Assembly: GCA_024704765.1 (NCBI GenBank) | Contig: JAKMXF010000055.1 | Location: 380,353-444,352 of the forward strand | Direction of reading: 5' to 3' | DNA from: Oopsacas minuta | Taxonomy: Eukaryota; Animalia; Porifera | DNA length: 64,000 bases | Shown: positions 48,961-63,250 of the stretch, one piece after another | How positions within the stretch are numbered: position 1 is the stretch's first letter | How the letters are laid out: each line of letters starts with the position of its first letter | Translations under genes and position numbers: made by a program | The notes under the pieces: generated by a model | What the model was told of the DNA's origin: nothing | The model's input: the letters and a program-made list of their open reading frames with translations, nothing else | Databases searched by the model: none

Positions 48961-50444
48961 CTAAGAAATAAATTTGGTATCAAATCTATTTGAAAATGTC
49001 AATATTTATCAGTTGACTATCAGCTACGAGATAACTCGTTTTTGTTTGAGTTATCTCGAAGATATCATAATTGATGTCCAATAAATTAGAATTTACGTTA
49101 GAATGCTATGTGCCCCATTCAACATGGCGATTATATTTGAGTTTTAAAATATCTGGGCACTATTTCGGAATAATTTCGCAATATTCTGAAAGTATATGTT
49201 GCAAAGAAGATCAGAAAACACAAAGGACCTTCGAAACTATGAAATAGATTAATGAAATTGGGAATAAATAGATAATCAATATATTGGAAAAATATTGATG
49301 AATCATATTGTGAAAAGCTAAATAAATTAACATATATTGATCAAAAGATAGGAAAGATTTAGCACCGCATCTCATCGGATGGTAGTAGTATTAGGGAAAA
49401 TTGACTCTTTGGAAATATACAGAAGAAATACACAAATTGAATTGATAGGAGTTAATTCGTAGCATAGGACATGAACTAATAGTTTTGAGTACATTAGGAA
49501 CATGTAACAACAAAATTTGTTATAATAAGAAATTACTTGGCCCAGGGAATGGGACACAGCATATTTGACATGCACTTAAGGATTCAACCCCATTTCATTA
49601 AAATATGCACTATTTACGGTATAGGACACATTGATAAAAGTCGTGTTGCTGAATACGATTGGCAATAAGAAGTATTATCTCAAAGGAAACAAAATTTAAA
49701 AATACAACAATTTACTAAAGTACGTAACTTCTGAAATATTCAAATTATATCAAGTTGTTCTGAACTCTCAAGAAGAGCGAATATAAATAGTTAAATACTA
49801 CAATTAACGTTTGCCTATTAACAAATTTAATTCAAATCCTTCCATAAAGGGAATAGATGTTAAAAGAAACTCCTTGAAACAACCAAAGGCTGACCACGTA
49901 GTTCGGACAACAGCCAGGCCAAGATACCAAACTTTTTTGCTAGATACTGTACTTACAGGAACCTTAATCAAATAACTATGAAATAATTAAATTACATTGT
50001 TCATGTAAAATCTGATTGCATCATGATTTCATTTCGACAGGATATCATTTGACAAGATATATTCTATCGTAGGCCGGACGATACGACTATTAAAAAGAGG
50101 TTAATATATGTATGAATGCAGATATTGGGCTGCACTTGTTGCACTTTGGTTTGAAATAAAGATCACTCACTACTTTTAATGTCCCAATACAGTATTGAAT
50201 CTATTGATTATAATACAAAATTGAATGGAAACCATATAAAGTTAGGGGTCCCAAAATTGATATTTATGATGGTGCACTCCTTTTCGCCTTTTTCTCCAAA
50301 ATATGTTCATAAATCCAGGTATACAAGGAAGAGAGATCAGACAACTTTGAAATGAGTTGTTGGTAGGTGGTTTATGCAGGAACATAGCATTCCATACACT
50401 GAAATATTTAGACCATGGATTAATTGAATACCTCAATAATCACA

Positions 50445-51180
50445 CAGTAAATTCTATGTGAGTGATAAATTCAAATAATACATTTTGACCGCGAAAAATG
50501 TCTTATTGATATTTGATAAACATAAATTCTTTATATACAAAGAATTTCTTGGCCGAAATGATACCATCTGCTTGCTTGGTTAGCAATTATGTCAAAGAAA
50601 TCCCCCAATCTAAAATGCTATAATGAGTACATTAACAAAATTATCGTTTCAAAATTTATACCATGAGATCTAACGATGGTGCTACACAAAATTTCAAAGA
50701 TTTGTCATGATTAACTTAGCGAGTTTCAGAGTTATAGTAGCTGGTGGACTATTTGGGCCAATATTCAACCAGACTTGACATAATAATATCCCACGTCAAA
50801 CCAAGTGGCTCACACATTTGTATTTTCCGACTACCCATTTCCAAATAATATATTTTGATATGATATTTCTGAAAATTATGGGGTAATCTTGAAAATGACC
50901 ATATATATAGCATTATTGACGACTGTACTAAATTCTTAGGAAATATCATATCAAAATGTATCATTAGGGTATGGGAAGTAGGGTATATCCTATAGGTGCG
51001 TCAGTTGGTTTGGTCGTAACATTGAAGGGTGTCAAGTTATGGATGAATATTGGGCCAAATAGGCCACCCATGGTCACTACAATAACTCTGAAACTTGAAA
51101 ACTTCATAATATCAATTTTGATTATTTGTGTTTTGTCAAATATCAATAATACATTTGGGTCAAAATGCCGATATTTACTG
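50445..51180. mobile_element. MITE-like element with long imperfect inverted repeats
   Basis: 50705-50790 is approximately the reverse complement of 51030-51110. The outer arms share cagtaaat...cattttgacc...ttattgatatttga. Right end CTG+TA. Confidence 0.6.
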
Positions 51181-51189
51181 TATCACGAG

Positions 51190-52600
51190 AAATAGAATTT
51201 CCCATGCGAATATTTAGTATTCGATCAATTCATAGTCCAAATTTCCAGTGAAGACTATTGCCTAAGTGTATAGAATGCAATGGTAGTATAGTATCCGGAC
51301 TTATGCGGTCGTAAGAAATCTTTGCCAAGACTAAAATCGATAGAACTTGCCAAAGGTTTTCTCAGTAGATTAAGAGGATAAATGTCATTTATAAATTTTG
51401 GTGCATAAGTCACCCATTTTGATGAAAAGACTTATCATTTTCTAGTTTTTGTTTTCTGTATGGTATTCGCTTATCTTGTTATCTCACTACCCTTATAAAT
51501 ATACTCAGATTATACATGAACCTCATACATTTGTATAATTACACACCTTTCCATATGATTGAAATCTATGGTTGATTGTTGAAAAAAGCATGTAAATTCA
51601 CTGTCTATACTAATGTTAGAGAATAATCGTTGAAGGGTTGAGTGATGAGGTTAAGAAATACAGTCCAGAGGTTGAAGATACCGGTAGCATGCTGGCGAAA
51701 TTGACTGACATTTAAGTGCCAACACGAGAGTAATAAGATTGTACCTTCGGTTATTTTGTGTACTAGAAGGTTTTCTAATTGGTTGATGATGAATTGTAGA
51801 TGAGGTAAATATTCCTTTGCACTTGATTCATGGATTCACTGACTGTAGGTGTAGAAGTGCTGACGAGGTGATTCACTTCTTAGATGTTACTGAGTGCGAT
51901 ACTTAGCTGATTGATGGAGCAAAAATATATCGTTGTTGTGGTAATCTATCAGATAGCTTTTCATAATTTTAAATGTGTCACCCAAATCTTCAATTTGTCT
52001 GACATTAGATATAGTATTTAGAGGCAATGTATCTTGTGTATTGTGCGGAAATGCACTGACAACTAAAGATTTATTGATGGAGAGGGAATATTTTATAGTT
52101 GGTACCGAATCCAAAATTCTGGGTTTGATGAAACATATGGACACACTACAATGCCGCAAGACCCAATCATTAGGCAGTATTGCAGGATATCTTTTATCTT
52201 GCAAGTCTTGCAAGGTCTGTACGTATAATTAAGTTTTTCTATGCATACTTATTCCAAGCGCTGGTGAAGAGCCATAGGGAATAGATTTTGAACCTTGGCA
52301 CCTTTATCTAAGCGAGTTGAAGTATAGCAGTAGGAGGCAAATACGAGGACACATTTGGCAAAAGTTGGGCACGGAGTCTTTTTTCAGTTTAGGGATCTCT
52401 CGATCTTGCCTCGTAATTGTACCATCAGCTTGTGCGATTGAATATGTGGTCTCGATGTCGAGATCTGAGAAATTCTTTGCACATACATGTATATTGTTGA
52501 GATCTTGACCCCATCTCTACACAGAGCCTTCAGCCACTGTTGAACAAAGCTAGATGATCTTCTTTAAAGTTTGAAAACAGGCGTATATAATTCGCCAGTG
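51190..52600 (-). pseudogene. THAP-domain P-element/THAP9-like transposase remnant (5' half)
   Basis: QQWLKALCRD...NNIHVCAKNFSDLDIE...KLKKDSVPNF (THAP-like), QFIINQLENL...NRRYNLITLVLALKCQSISPACYRYL, ERCVIIQMYEVHV*SEYIYKG. Confidence 0.75.
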
Positions 52601-55600
52601 TAGTTACGTCTACACTGGGTGCTGAGCATCGATTCGGCATAAGTCTATTTAATGTTCAAATGAAATTATAATGCATATAATAAACCAAAGGTGTGAGAAC
52701 AAAACAATAATAAAATGAATATGTGAGAAATTAACAAACTGGAGAAAGAGAACAGGCGGTACATAAGAGCAAAGTAATCAAGCAATTATGCTCAGAATCG
52801 AATAAATTGTTATAATAATAGTAGGAACATCAAGCTATAAACAATCATTATGGTTGAATATAATTAATAGATATAATCAAACCACAATAATTAAAACAAA
52901 ATATTTATAGAGTCTGGAATGTATATTATTTATGGTTCAACAGTAAAATGGACTTCGGTTTCATTCATGGTCCAAAAATGTAAAGTTCTGAATTGGTCTG
53001 TTATAAAAAAGTCATGGAGAAGGTAAGGATCCTGAATTGTTTCAATACAAAGCTAGTTATCTCTATTTCACCGTAACTCTGAAAAAGGATAAAGAAGAAT
53101 GCAGCATCATGGATATAAAACCTTAAAACGAATTTACATAGTATCAAAGCTTAAGGCTAAAGATAGTTGCACTACTCGAATTTCAGATATTCAATTCTTG
53201 GAGGTGTTAACTTTTGGAGGTTTGTAGGAATTGAAAAACTAAGAATGTTAAATCCTCATTGCAATCAAACGAAACAAAAATAAATAATTCAGATATTTCT
53301 CTTATAAAAATGTCCGGCCACTGATATTTCTGGTATTTATGAAACTATATTAACAAAGTTTTTGAAATTAAGAAAATATTGGTGGGACTATTTTTCATAC
53401 AGGAAAGACATATTTGGATGATAATATAATTGTGATTGATAATTTAATACAAATATCAACCAATGGTGGTGTCTTTATGTTGGATAATACTAAAGGATTT
53501 AATCCTCCGAGATTAGGGGTTATACTGCATATAATCAATATGCATAGAATAGTCCACCGACAGAATCGAGTTGCAAAATTTATGGGGTCATCTGAATGTA
53601 CATCGTTTTGGGTATTAACATACTAAGTTATATACAATCTAATTCCCTCAATAAAAGATTATTTCATCATTTTGAACACCAAAAACAATAAATCCACAAG
53701 AATTTGATGCATATGGTAAGGTAAATCTCTGATTTGGATAGTTGAATCACTGGAAGTCTTAGTGCAGCTTTAACGAACTCTCACATCACTATCAGAAGGT
53801 TCAACAAAATTATGCCAATTGGAAGTCAAAGTTTTTTCTAGGATATAAGTTTGACTTACAAGTGTGCAAACAACAGGTGTTTCTAGGAATAAACCCCCTA
53901 TTCTTTGCGCAATAGAAACTGAGAAAGAATAATATTGTGTAATCATCATCTTGTCAGGCATACATGACCCACAAAGACAGGGGCAGATTAAGGCATAGGC
54001 TAACTAGGCTACTACCTAGGGCCCGAATATTGAGGATTATATTTGGTATAGATGAAACCATACGCAATTACATATTTGCGTGCTGCAAAATTCTCCAACC
54101 TCCTTGTACCTGATTCCCAGGACAATTTGTCGAAATTCCTGGATTAGTATATTCATTTGCAAATATTCCGAGTTAACAATCTTTTATGAAATCCATGGAT
54201 ATTCCAGGATTCCTTGGTTGATTGGCAACTGTGAGGTGATTAGTCTCCTCGTCTCTTCAAAGTATATTCTAATGTGCCTAAGTTCAATATATTGTACTTG
54301 TCGTTTTATATGAATGTGAATTCGGGTTTGGCGATTTTACGATAACAATATATGGCTCCATTATCATTGCGCATAATTAAGGATGAAAAGAGGAATTCTT
54401 TGGATAGTCAGACTCAAAGAAGGTTATTTAGAAGGGTAGAAACGTGCAAATATTTATTATTACACAAATTTTGACTTTTTCATCTCCACTATAATGTTTT
54501 CTATATGTGAGACTTTCTCATACTATTTTAGAGGTAATAGCACTTAGCAAAAATGCAACTAAATTTCAATAAAGATGTGTTACATCAATATTTATCAAGC
54601 ACTTGAATGTAGTGAATGATTTAATACCACACTAATTAATTATCGGATTAAAGCAAGTTCTAGCAATTTTCAAACGTAACTATCATAAAATGACAATATA
54701 TTCAGAAGCATGATGTGAAAACTCCTAGCCTTACGTCCATCATAAGTTCAATAAGAGAAATATAGCCGATCTAATCTCCCAACAACTCTCATGTAAGATA
54801 AAATAATCAGCAATATACCAGATAGAAGTATGGGTTATCGTAAATAAAAGTACAGTAGTGTATTATACTGATGTGGGAGCGTTATTTCGAAGGATTGAAT
54901 CGGTCCGAATAACTGATGGTACGGAAATATACATCATAATTTGGAACAGATATTTCATACATATTACAGAACTGATTTTAGAGAATCCAAATAGTGTTAT
55001 ATATCTCACTTGAAAGTGATTAGTATAGTATGTGGAATAAAGTATGGAAATGCAAATCATCCGAGTCAGTATTCAATAAATGTACGTTTAACAGAAGAAG
55101 CTGGATTTCGTGGACCAAGAGATGTTCGAAATGCCAAAATCAGTGTATTTTAGGATATATACCATGGCTGAACAATGTATTGGTGTATGTTCACCTCTAC
55201 TTTCCGAATTTAGTGATCCCTCAATACATTTCCAATAGCGGTTGTACATGATCAGCTGGGTTTGTGAGAGAAACTATTTATAAATCGCGAGAGAAATCTT
55301 AGGAGACTCACAGTAAAATATTTGCAAAATGGTATTAGTTACCATCCGCGCATTCGCCAATTCAATTCCACATTCATATAGAGGGATATACAGTGCAAAG
55401 CTCATCCATAATTATATGCATATAAACAATTATTGTATCTCAAATCGTTGATCTCTGTTCGAAGACCCGGATCAAATCAAACTCACCAAGAATTTGGGAC
55501 AACCATTAAAGTCGATGGAAAGAATGCCATGTGTGAATTAAAATAGAAGTAAAGAGAAATAAACAAACACACAGTTGCTAACAAATATAGAAATGGAAAT

Positions 55601-56344
55601 GATCACATGAGCTTTGAGCTGAATCAAAGAAATCACAAAACCAAATCAAAGAAAATTCATTTTTACCCGATCATCTTTAATAATTCTTAGATCATATGAA
55701 TATCAATCAAGAAACTGGCTTTGGGCTCGGTTTCTTCTCGGACCAATTTCTCGAATATAATTTGCAAAATTTCACGGAGAATGCAAATAAATCCTGTTAT
55801 GGTAGTAAATATTGCTGAAAATTGTAATTTGATCAAAGAAACATAAAACAGAAACACTAACAAAAAGAATCATCAAAATTAACAAATAGAGACAACGTAG
55901 AGCATATTAGTGATTAATAGCATGTGGTTAAGTGTTCTATATTATAAATAATGAAACATTAAACTTGAAAAAGGGTGAAATCACAAGCATATTTATAAAA
56001 AATTGCATAATTGCTTAGCATTTCCTTTGATTGTAAGAAATTGGGATTCTTATATCAAATCAGCGTTAGAAGAAAAGAAAATATCCCAAACCCATTTTTG
56101 AGGTGGGTAATAGGTGAAAACGAATTTCGTTAGCAATTCATTGGTTTAACACTCTCACACTAAATACATTATTTGTCATGAATGGAGATCAGTTTAGATT
56201 CTACACACTTAGTCTCATAGTACTCTTGTTATCAATTTTTCTTCATGTCAATTGCGATTAAGGATAATAAAGGCATAAACAACACAGTAGAATTTTATGT
56301 AGGAAGCAATAGAAATTTAGAAGACCCTGCGTCAAATATAAATA

Positions 56345-57672
56345 CTAGGACATTCAATAAATCTTGTGGGAGATAGCATAGAATATGATACAAACACTAT
56401 ACACACTAATTCGCTATATTATTTAGTCAAAGTAATCCCCTCCTACAGATACACAAAGTTTTAACCTCTCCAACAACTTGTAAACACATTTCTGTATTCT
56501 TCTTCGGGATGAATTTGAAGTACTGGTACAGGCCCGTTCCGAGTGCTTGTAATGTGTCAAAATCTTTGCCTTGAAGGCAAATTTTAAGCCTGGGGAATAG
56601 CCAAAATCACACGGAGCTAGGGTTGGTGAGTATAGTGGATGGGGAAGTAATTCTAACCCTTCTACATTCAAGAAATTTTGGTAAGCTTAGCTGTATGGGA
56701 ACTGGCGTTATCAATTAAAATCTTCATTCATTGAGTTCCGGTTTTCGGGCGGTGCTTTCCTACATTTTTATTAAATTTGGGAGCACTTACTCTGTAAAGA
56801 AAGTAGCAGTAACAGCCTTGCCACTCTCACAAGGTAATTACAAGACAATTCCATGACTACGAAGAAGATGGCATACATACTCGTAGGTTTTTTGAAGTCG
56901 GGTCCAGGAATTTTCGCCGGTTGTTCATCGCCCCTCACCTATGATTGCTTCTTATACTTGCCATATGGTGTTGAATAGTACACCCACGTCTCGCCACCAG
57001 TCATAATCTCTGTTAGGCGTCTAGAATCGCAGTTCTCATAAGTTTCCAAGAGTTTCTTGGTAATATTCAGTCGTGCCAACCTTTGATTCTCACCGAGGCT
57101 ATGCGTGAGCCATTTCCCACAAATCGATCGGTGGCTAAGCTCAGTCGCCAGAATAGTATGAATAGCTCCCGATGAAATCTCCAAACTTTGTTCTAACTGA
57201 TTGAAGTAATGCAATTGTCTTCCATGATATTACTTTCAATGGGTGCGATATTCTCTGAAGTTTTGGCGGACACCAGTCTTCCAGATCGAGGCTAATCTGT
57301 GACATCAGCACCACCAGATCTAAAACTGGCAACCCATCGCTCTACAGTAGATCTGGAAGGGCAATTCACGCACAATATCTCCTGTAACTCACTGAAGATC
57401 TGTGCGGGCTGGATCTTGAGTATTGTGCGAAACTCTATATAAGCTCGCCATTTGAGGTTGAAATTATCATCCTTTGAAGCCATAAATTCAACAGTGGGTA
57501 TTAATTGACTACACGTGACTATCACAAAAATTCATAATTTGTATCGAATAAGCCTGAAACTTTCAGTATATAGAGTTTAACTATATGGGCTTATAATATA
57601 TGAAAGTTAGATATACTACTTGAATAATTCCTAAGATATGTCATGACACGCAAGACTTATTGAATGCCCTGA
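56345..57672 (-). mobile_element. Degenerate full-length mariner transposon
   Basis: TIRs CTAGGACATTCAATAAATCTTG / CAAGACTTATTGAATGCCCTGA, TA-flanked. ATG at 57483 (MASKDDNF..WRAYIEFRT), GKWLTHSL, MTGGETW, PHPLYSPTLAPCDF, GGDYFD. Confidence 0.92.
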
Positions 57673-57721
57673 TAAAAGGAAATCGCGCAGGCTCAAGTTA
57701 TTAAGAAATATAGGTTTAGGT

Positions 57722-58750
57722 TAGTGGTTCTCAACTGGGGTGCAGCGTTACAATGTGTGCCTCAGAAAGTTTTTAAGTGTGCCAAGAAATTTCATTGATC
57801 TCAATAATTTCATTAGTATGCTTTCAAGTGCTTAGATACTGGGTCTCAAGTAAAATCAAAATATATGATAAAGTCCCAGGAGGTTTTGACACAACGATTT
57901 AACATAAAAAGACATTATAATGGACAAGTCTCCTTGAAGATTATCGATGAAATTCGCGTGCCACAGTTTGAATTCGGTCGAAAAACATGAATTTAGATAT
58001 TTGTTTACAGCAAATTTACATTCAGTATTTAAAGCCGTGATTATACAATGAAGAACAATGTTAATACCCTATTGTAGACAAACTGAGATATATATAAACA
58101 GATCCTTGCTATTACATCATGTTGGACACTTGTGCTTCGGAACTAGATTGGCTATTGGCTCTTAGCTCGGTACTTTGAGCTTTTAGGTGTACGAAGAAAA
58201 ATTGTGGAGAGATCCGAAATTCTAAAGTTAAGTATATCCAAGAATGTTGGTTTTTGACTCTTCCAGAACGGACTTCCCCTTAATCGACATTTAGAAGTGC
58301 AAGAAGAAGCAATATCTAATCTAAATTTGGTTTAGATATGAACATTAGCGTCCGAAACTTTCAGAATGTTTTCCCCTTTACCACCGTTGGAAAAAAGTTT
58401 TCACTCTCCATTATTTGATGAAACATGATTTCCAGTCAGCCTTCGGGATTTGAATAATGCATAACTAGCGCAATCCCTATGTCTGAACAAAATTTGGTAA
58501 ACAATTCACTAACATACAGTGATATATAAGTAAGAATGTGCTCTATAAGAATATTAAAGCATATCAGAACAATTTGCATGAAATACATCGTTAACAAAAT
58601 ATTTGAATACACTAATATATAATCTCCATTCGAGATGACACTTAAATGGTAATAAATTGTGACATTGGAAAAGTTCCCAATAGTCCATAGGTACTTTGAC
58701 AAGGATATGACATTCATCAAAACTTTGATCTTACTGACAACAAGTTGAAG
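57722..58750 (+). mobile_element. Probable hAT remnant; right end not found
   Basis: Starts TAGTGGTTCTCAAC (cf. the 23069 TIR). Fragments RFNIKRHY and FHSPLFDET*. Confidence 0.4.
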
Positions 58751-61700
58751 TTGATCGTGAGCTGGAAAAGTTTGTATTGTTGGAATAAAATGTTATTACA
58801 ACATAGAGCAGGAATATGTGAGCCAGGAAACTCACGTTGGCAAAAGATGATTATCCCAGAAGCAATAGGCGACACGATAATGTTTACACTCGAGGAAATT
58901 TTCCATTCATAATCTGTACTAGCGCAGAATGGTCTACCATGATTGTTGAGCTTTTTTAATGTAATGTTTTGAAGTTGTTATTCGAATGTGGGGGTGGGGA
59001 GGGTAATTTTGAGCTTCCAAGTTCCGTTACTCACTCCCAAAAATATTGTCCTGCTTGCTGATATTTTGCTAGGTAAACCAGAAATGTTGCATTAACAATG
59101 TTTCAATAATATTCCAATGCAATTTAGACAATATATAGTTGGTTTTACGACGACTAAGTGGGATCCGCCCCCGATAATTGCAAACCTTACTACTAAGTTC
59201 ATCTGATATTTTGGATGTACATTCCCCAATGTCCCATAAGTATATCGAGAGTCCTTAGGTATAGGGAGTTTATCAGCTACTAAACTTTCTGACATAATAC
59301 GAAATATTGATTCTGTATTCACCGTATAGAAATGATTGGAAGACCTATTAGATAGTAAGAAAATCTCTACTATACTTTCGCATATGTGCTGTATAGTCCT
59401 AAAATGATAGGTATACGATAAAAATATGAAATATAAATTCGAAACTTTGCTTCAAACTATTCATTTGAAGGAAAAAATAGTATGTAAAAGGTAAATAGGA
59501 TAAACAATTGTAAAAAGTTTTGGTTTCATTGGGTTTAAATCAGAATATCTACAATGAAATCCTCGCTAGCAGAATAATAAAATTTGGGGAATTTTAGAAT
59601 CCTAATTCAAAAATAGGAAAGAGATTAGACGTGTTTCATGTGAGTAATCTCCATCTATAAAAGAAATATTGAAGTAATCACCTATAATAAGAAGTTGATA
59701 GATCAGCTAATATAAAAGTATTGTTATATAAATAGGAAAAATCACAAATGCAGTGATTTACACATTTATGATATATTATGCATTGATTGTAGCAATCTCT
59801 AGCAAATACAAAGGGTTAGTTACATCATGCATAGGTACCGAATATGTAAACACAAAGAGAATGTGAGGAGCTTGGGTCGATCTAGTAAATCAGGGTGTAC
59901 GGTCATTTAGATAGTCAATTTGAACATAACTTGACGAAGATTGGTATAGGAAAAGAGATCAATAGAAGGTGAAATAACAATAGTTGTAAATGGAATGTTA
60001 TCACGCCCATTAGTGAATTTCTAGGCAAAAATATTCCAAAAGACATTATGTGAATACTCATTCATGAAAGATTATGCGCTAAGTAGGGAAAATACCTTAA
60101 ACATCTTTCATTTATTGCAGGAACCTTTGAATAGTTATTATGGAAATATTTCTGTTCATGTTATGCACACAAGTCAATTTTATCTCTTCAGTTACATAAC
60201 ACTATATACTAAATTGTGAAGTGGGACTCATTAGTTAATTCAAGGAATTATCCCAAAGGTCAATGCGGGAATTCAATCTCAATTTGCTATACACTTATAG
60301 GCAATTCATTGATTTATACTAAATTTGAATATTTTTCAAATTTGCTAGTATATGTGAAATGCTTTCGGAAATTAAGGAATGATGCCTTGATTTATTCGGG
60401 AATTACAACAGCAATTGATTCTTTATATGTTACACACCTATAGGCAACGACGTTTGCATAAGCAGAAGTGGGTCTGCGCCACCTTAAAATAGATACATGA
60501 TTTCCTGTGCTTGGAATACTATTTTACCTACTTATCAGTGTAACCAACGTTTTACCAATTGTAGAGAACTAATGTAGGCTTTCATATGCAATGACTCTGT
60601 TAATTCGTAATAAACAAAAAATCTATAGCTAACTCTGGGTATATGGTAGCCAATGGGACCGCGATGATTATTTCGATAGAAGCGGAGTTAGATACACCCG
60701 ATGAAATATAAGTTACTTTGAAAAACTTTTCTCCGATTAGAATAAATTGTTGTGACACTAACCAAATACTTTGTAAATAAAGATAATACTTAACAAATTA
60801 GGACGAGGTGTCAAGTTCGTAACGAAAAGGTTTGAAGTCGTGAAATTTGAGGTGATAAAATCACACTTTTCACGGCCAGATTAGGTTAATATAAATAACA
60901 AAGAAGAAGTCGCGGAAATGTATTTAAAGAGAAATTTAAAATTAAATCTGTCAAGGTCCGGGTTTAATAAAGCGTGATTAATTATTTGTTAAAATGGGAA
61001 GGAAATTGGCAAAAAATGTTTTCATAGCGCCACAAATTTATAAGAAATTATTTGCTGATATTTGTCCCTGGAACTGGGCAAATTTATACATTAAATATTA
61101 AAACACGGGAAATACAAGCGGGACACCTGTATTTTCTAGTTTTAGAAACTAGAACACTGTGCATATTCAATTTCGATCAATTTCAATAATTTTGGCACTT
61201 AACTAGGATCTTTACGTCAAAATTGGGGACTAAACTTATAAATTGGTAATAATTTTAAAGTCAAAATTATAAATTGGATCACTCATAATGAACATTTTTA
61301 AAAATTTTTAATTAACATGAATTTTCAAATTATAGCAGATACATGTAAGAGTTACTTTGCCAACAGAAATCCTATATTTTAGTGAATCCGAAGATGGAAA
61401 ATAATCTATTAAATTCTTTTGGGGTTTTGAAGCTCACATAATAAAAGTAGGATTAATTCTTAGTTCAGCTCATAATATTAGTTTACCAGATAGACTTTGA
61501 AAACATTGAACTGCCTGTATAGTATCGTTAGTTTGTGACAAAGATTTGTATTAGTTTGTAGGGAATTATTAAGATTATCGTATTTGAACACATTTCACCA
61601 TGTAGATGCACTTTTACAGTCCTATACTTCAGTGAATTCTGACCGAATTCAAATTCTCATTCGCACTATTGCAGTCCATTACTTCCAGGACTTTGGAATT

Positions 61701-62739
61701 TATTGAATACGCCGAAAATTTGTCATTTTAGGAGGTCAGAACGATGCTTAAATCTCGATTTTTGCTCCTGGAATTGATATAATAGCCATGGCAGAGTATC
61801 GTATTCCTTTTCGTACGAACGTAAAATTCGGCCGTAATCGGTGAATTCCCATATTCTCTTTCCTTAGACTGAGAATTAATTCGTATTCGTAGCCATTTAT
61901 TGAACACAAATTGTGGAGATTGACAAGGGCTCAGAAAAATATATTACCTATGAATCTCAGACAATACCTATCTGCTTAGCTTGTCAGTTAACACAACAAC
62001 TTAACTATTTAGGACTTGAAGATACGCTATTTGTGCTCTTCCCGCAGCCAGAAATTTGGTGACCTACGACACAATTGAATAGTTGGGCGTGCTCAATAGA
62101 AATAGAACTCAGACATACAGAGATGAATCATGGGTATCTTGGGCACCGGGAGGACATCGAGCATGGGTCCTCTTTGGATCATCAGTAATAATAAACTCTT
62201 GTAAATTATTATTGTATATATATACAAAGAGTTTGAAAGGCTTGGCCAAATTCTAATTATTTCAAAGTTAAGCATTTTGCACTCACTACAGCATGACCTT
62301 AAAACATGTTATTTTGATGAAATAGTACATGTTCAATACAAATCTATTACAAATTACACGTAACTACCTTTCATAGGTGAAATATCACTTATTCCTAGTG
62401 CTCGCTAAATAAATATCAATGTCGGGGATCATAAAATAACTGTTGGTTTTAAGAGATCGAAATGCTTCAGGCTGATGTCACTCATAAAATTTTGCCTTTA
62501 ATCTTGTTGTTGGAATATTCTCAATTAAAAGATGGAGGGGTACGCACAATATGGGACAAACAATGGCAACAAAATTAAAATCTGGAAGTCCAAAAGTTAT
62601 ATATCGGACCACTAGAGACGGTAATTCAAATTTTCGGATAAAACAAGGCATCAACGAGAGTTATTCAAGATTTCTCTGTAGTGCTTCAAAGATATTCTAA
62701 GTCACTGATCAACTGATCAATGATAACTTCATGTTTGAG

Positions 62740-63250
62740 TATCATTTGTTGACATATTGAGAACTACATCAATATTTCGACGTTTGGGAATCCTAACTTG
62801 ATTATAGACTGAATTGTACTTGCCCTGTCCACCACATAGAAGAATACCAAGTTTATGAAAAAGTTCAAACTCTGTCTTCTTCGTTTCACTAAAACAACCA
62901 AGAGACTCAAGTAGCAATACAATAATATAGGGAAATGAAGCACTAGACGGGAAGGAGAGATTCCTTTGAAGGAAGTGCTCCAAAACAATTTTTCTATTTT
63001 CCAAAAAACAAGAAGACAAAATCTATTCCACCATGTTTCTTAAGAATTGAACGTGCTTCATTTCGACTGTCACCCTTCTGTTCCACATAAGACGCCGAAG
63101 ATAGCAACAACCCACATAAAGGATCATATGATTTATATAGGTCCACTATTACTCCACATCTACTCGACAACCGAGAATCAGAAAGCCGATTGCCTACCAA
63201 AGCCCATTGATGAGTAGATGTTGATAGAAAAATGTATAACTTTTGTCAAT
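62740..63250 (-). CDS. Candidate upstream HTT-like exon; needs frameshift(s) as assembled
   Basis: LYKSYDP, KKHGGID[+1]LSSC...VLEHF...PSSASFPYIIVLLLESLGCFSETKKTEFELF resemble human HTT [60 protein letters not shown]. It lies in the expected order and strand. Boundaries uncertain. Confidence 0.45.

Noticed and set aside
53860-53918. 59-nt minus-strand mini-exon with good splice sites (SIAQRIGGLFLETPVVCTL)
   Set aside because: HTT similarity is weak, and its phase-0 end does not join the phase-2 start at 48960; it cannot be supported without RNA data.
55020-55260. ADHVQPLLE / MVYILK as the missing middle HTT exon
   Set aside because: It needs several frameshifts and read-through of stops, so chance similarity is likely.
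58436-58720. ISLYVSELFTK as HTT [11 protein letters not shown]
   Set aside because: The match is short, there are no clear splice sites, it overlaps a probable + strand hAT remnant, and 62.8 kb matches the same region over a longer span.
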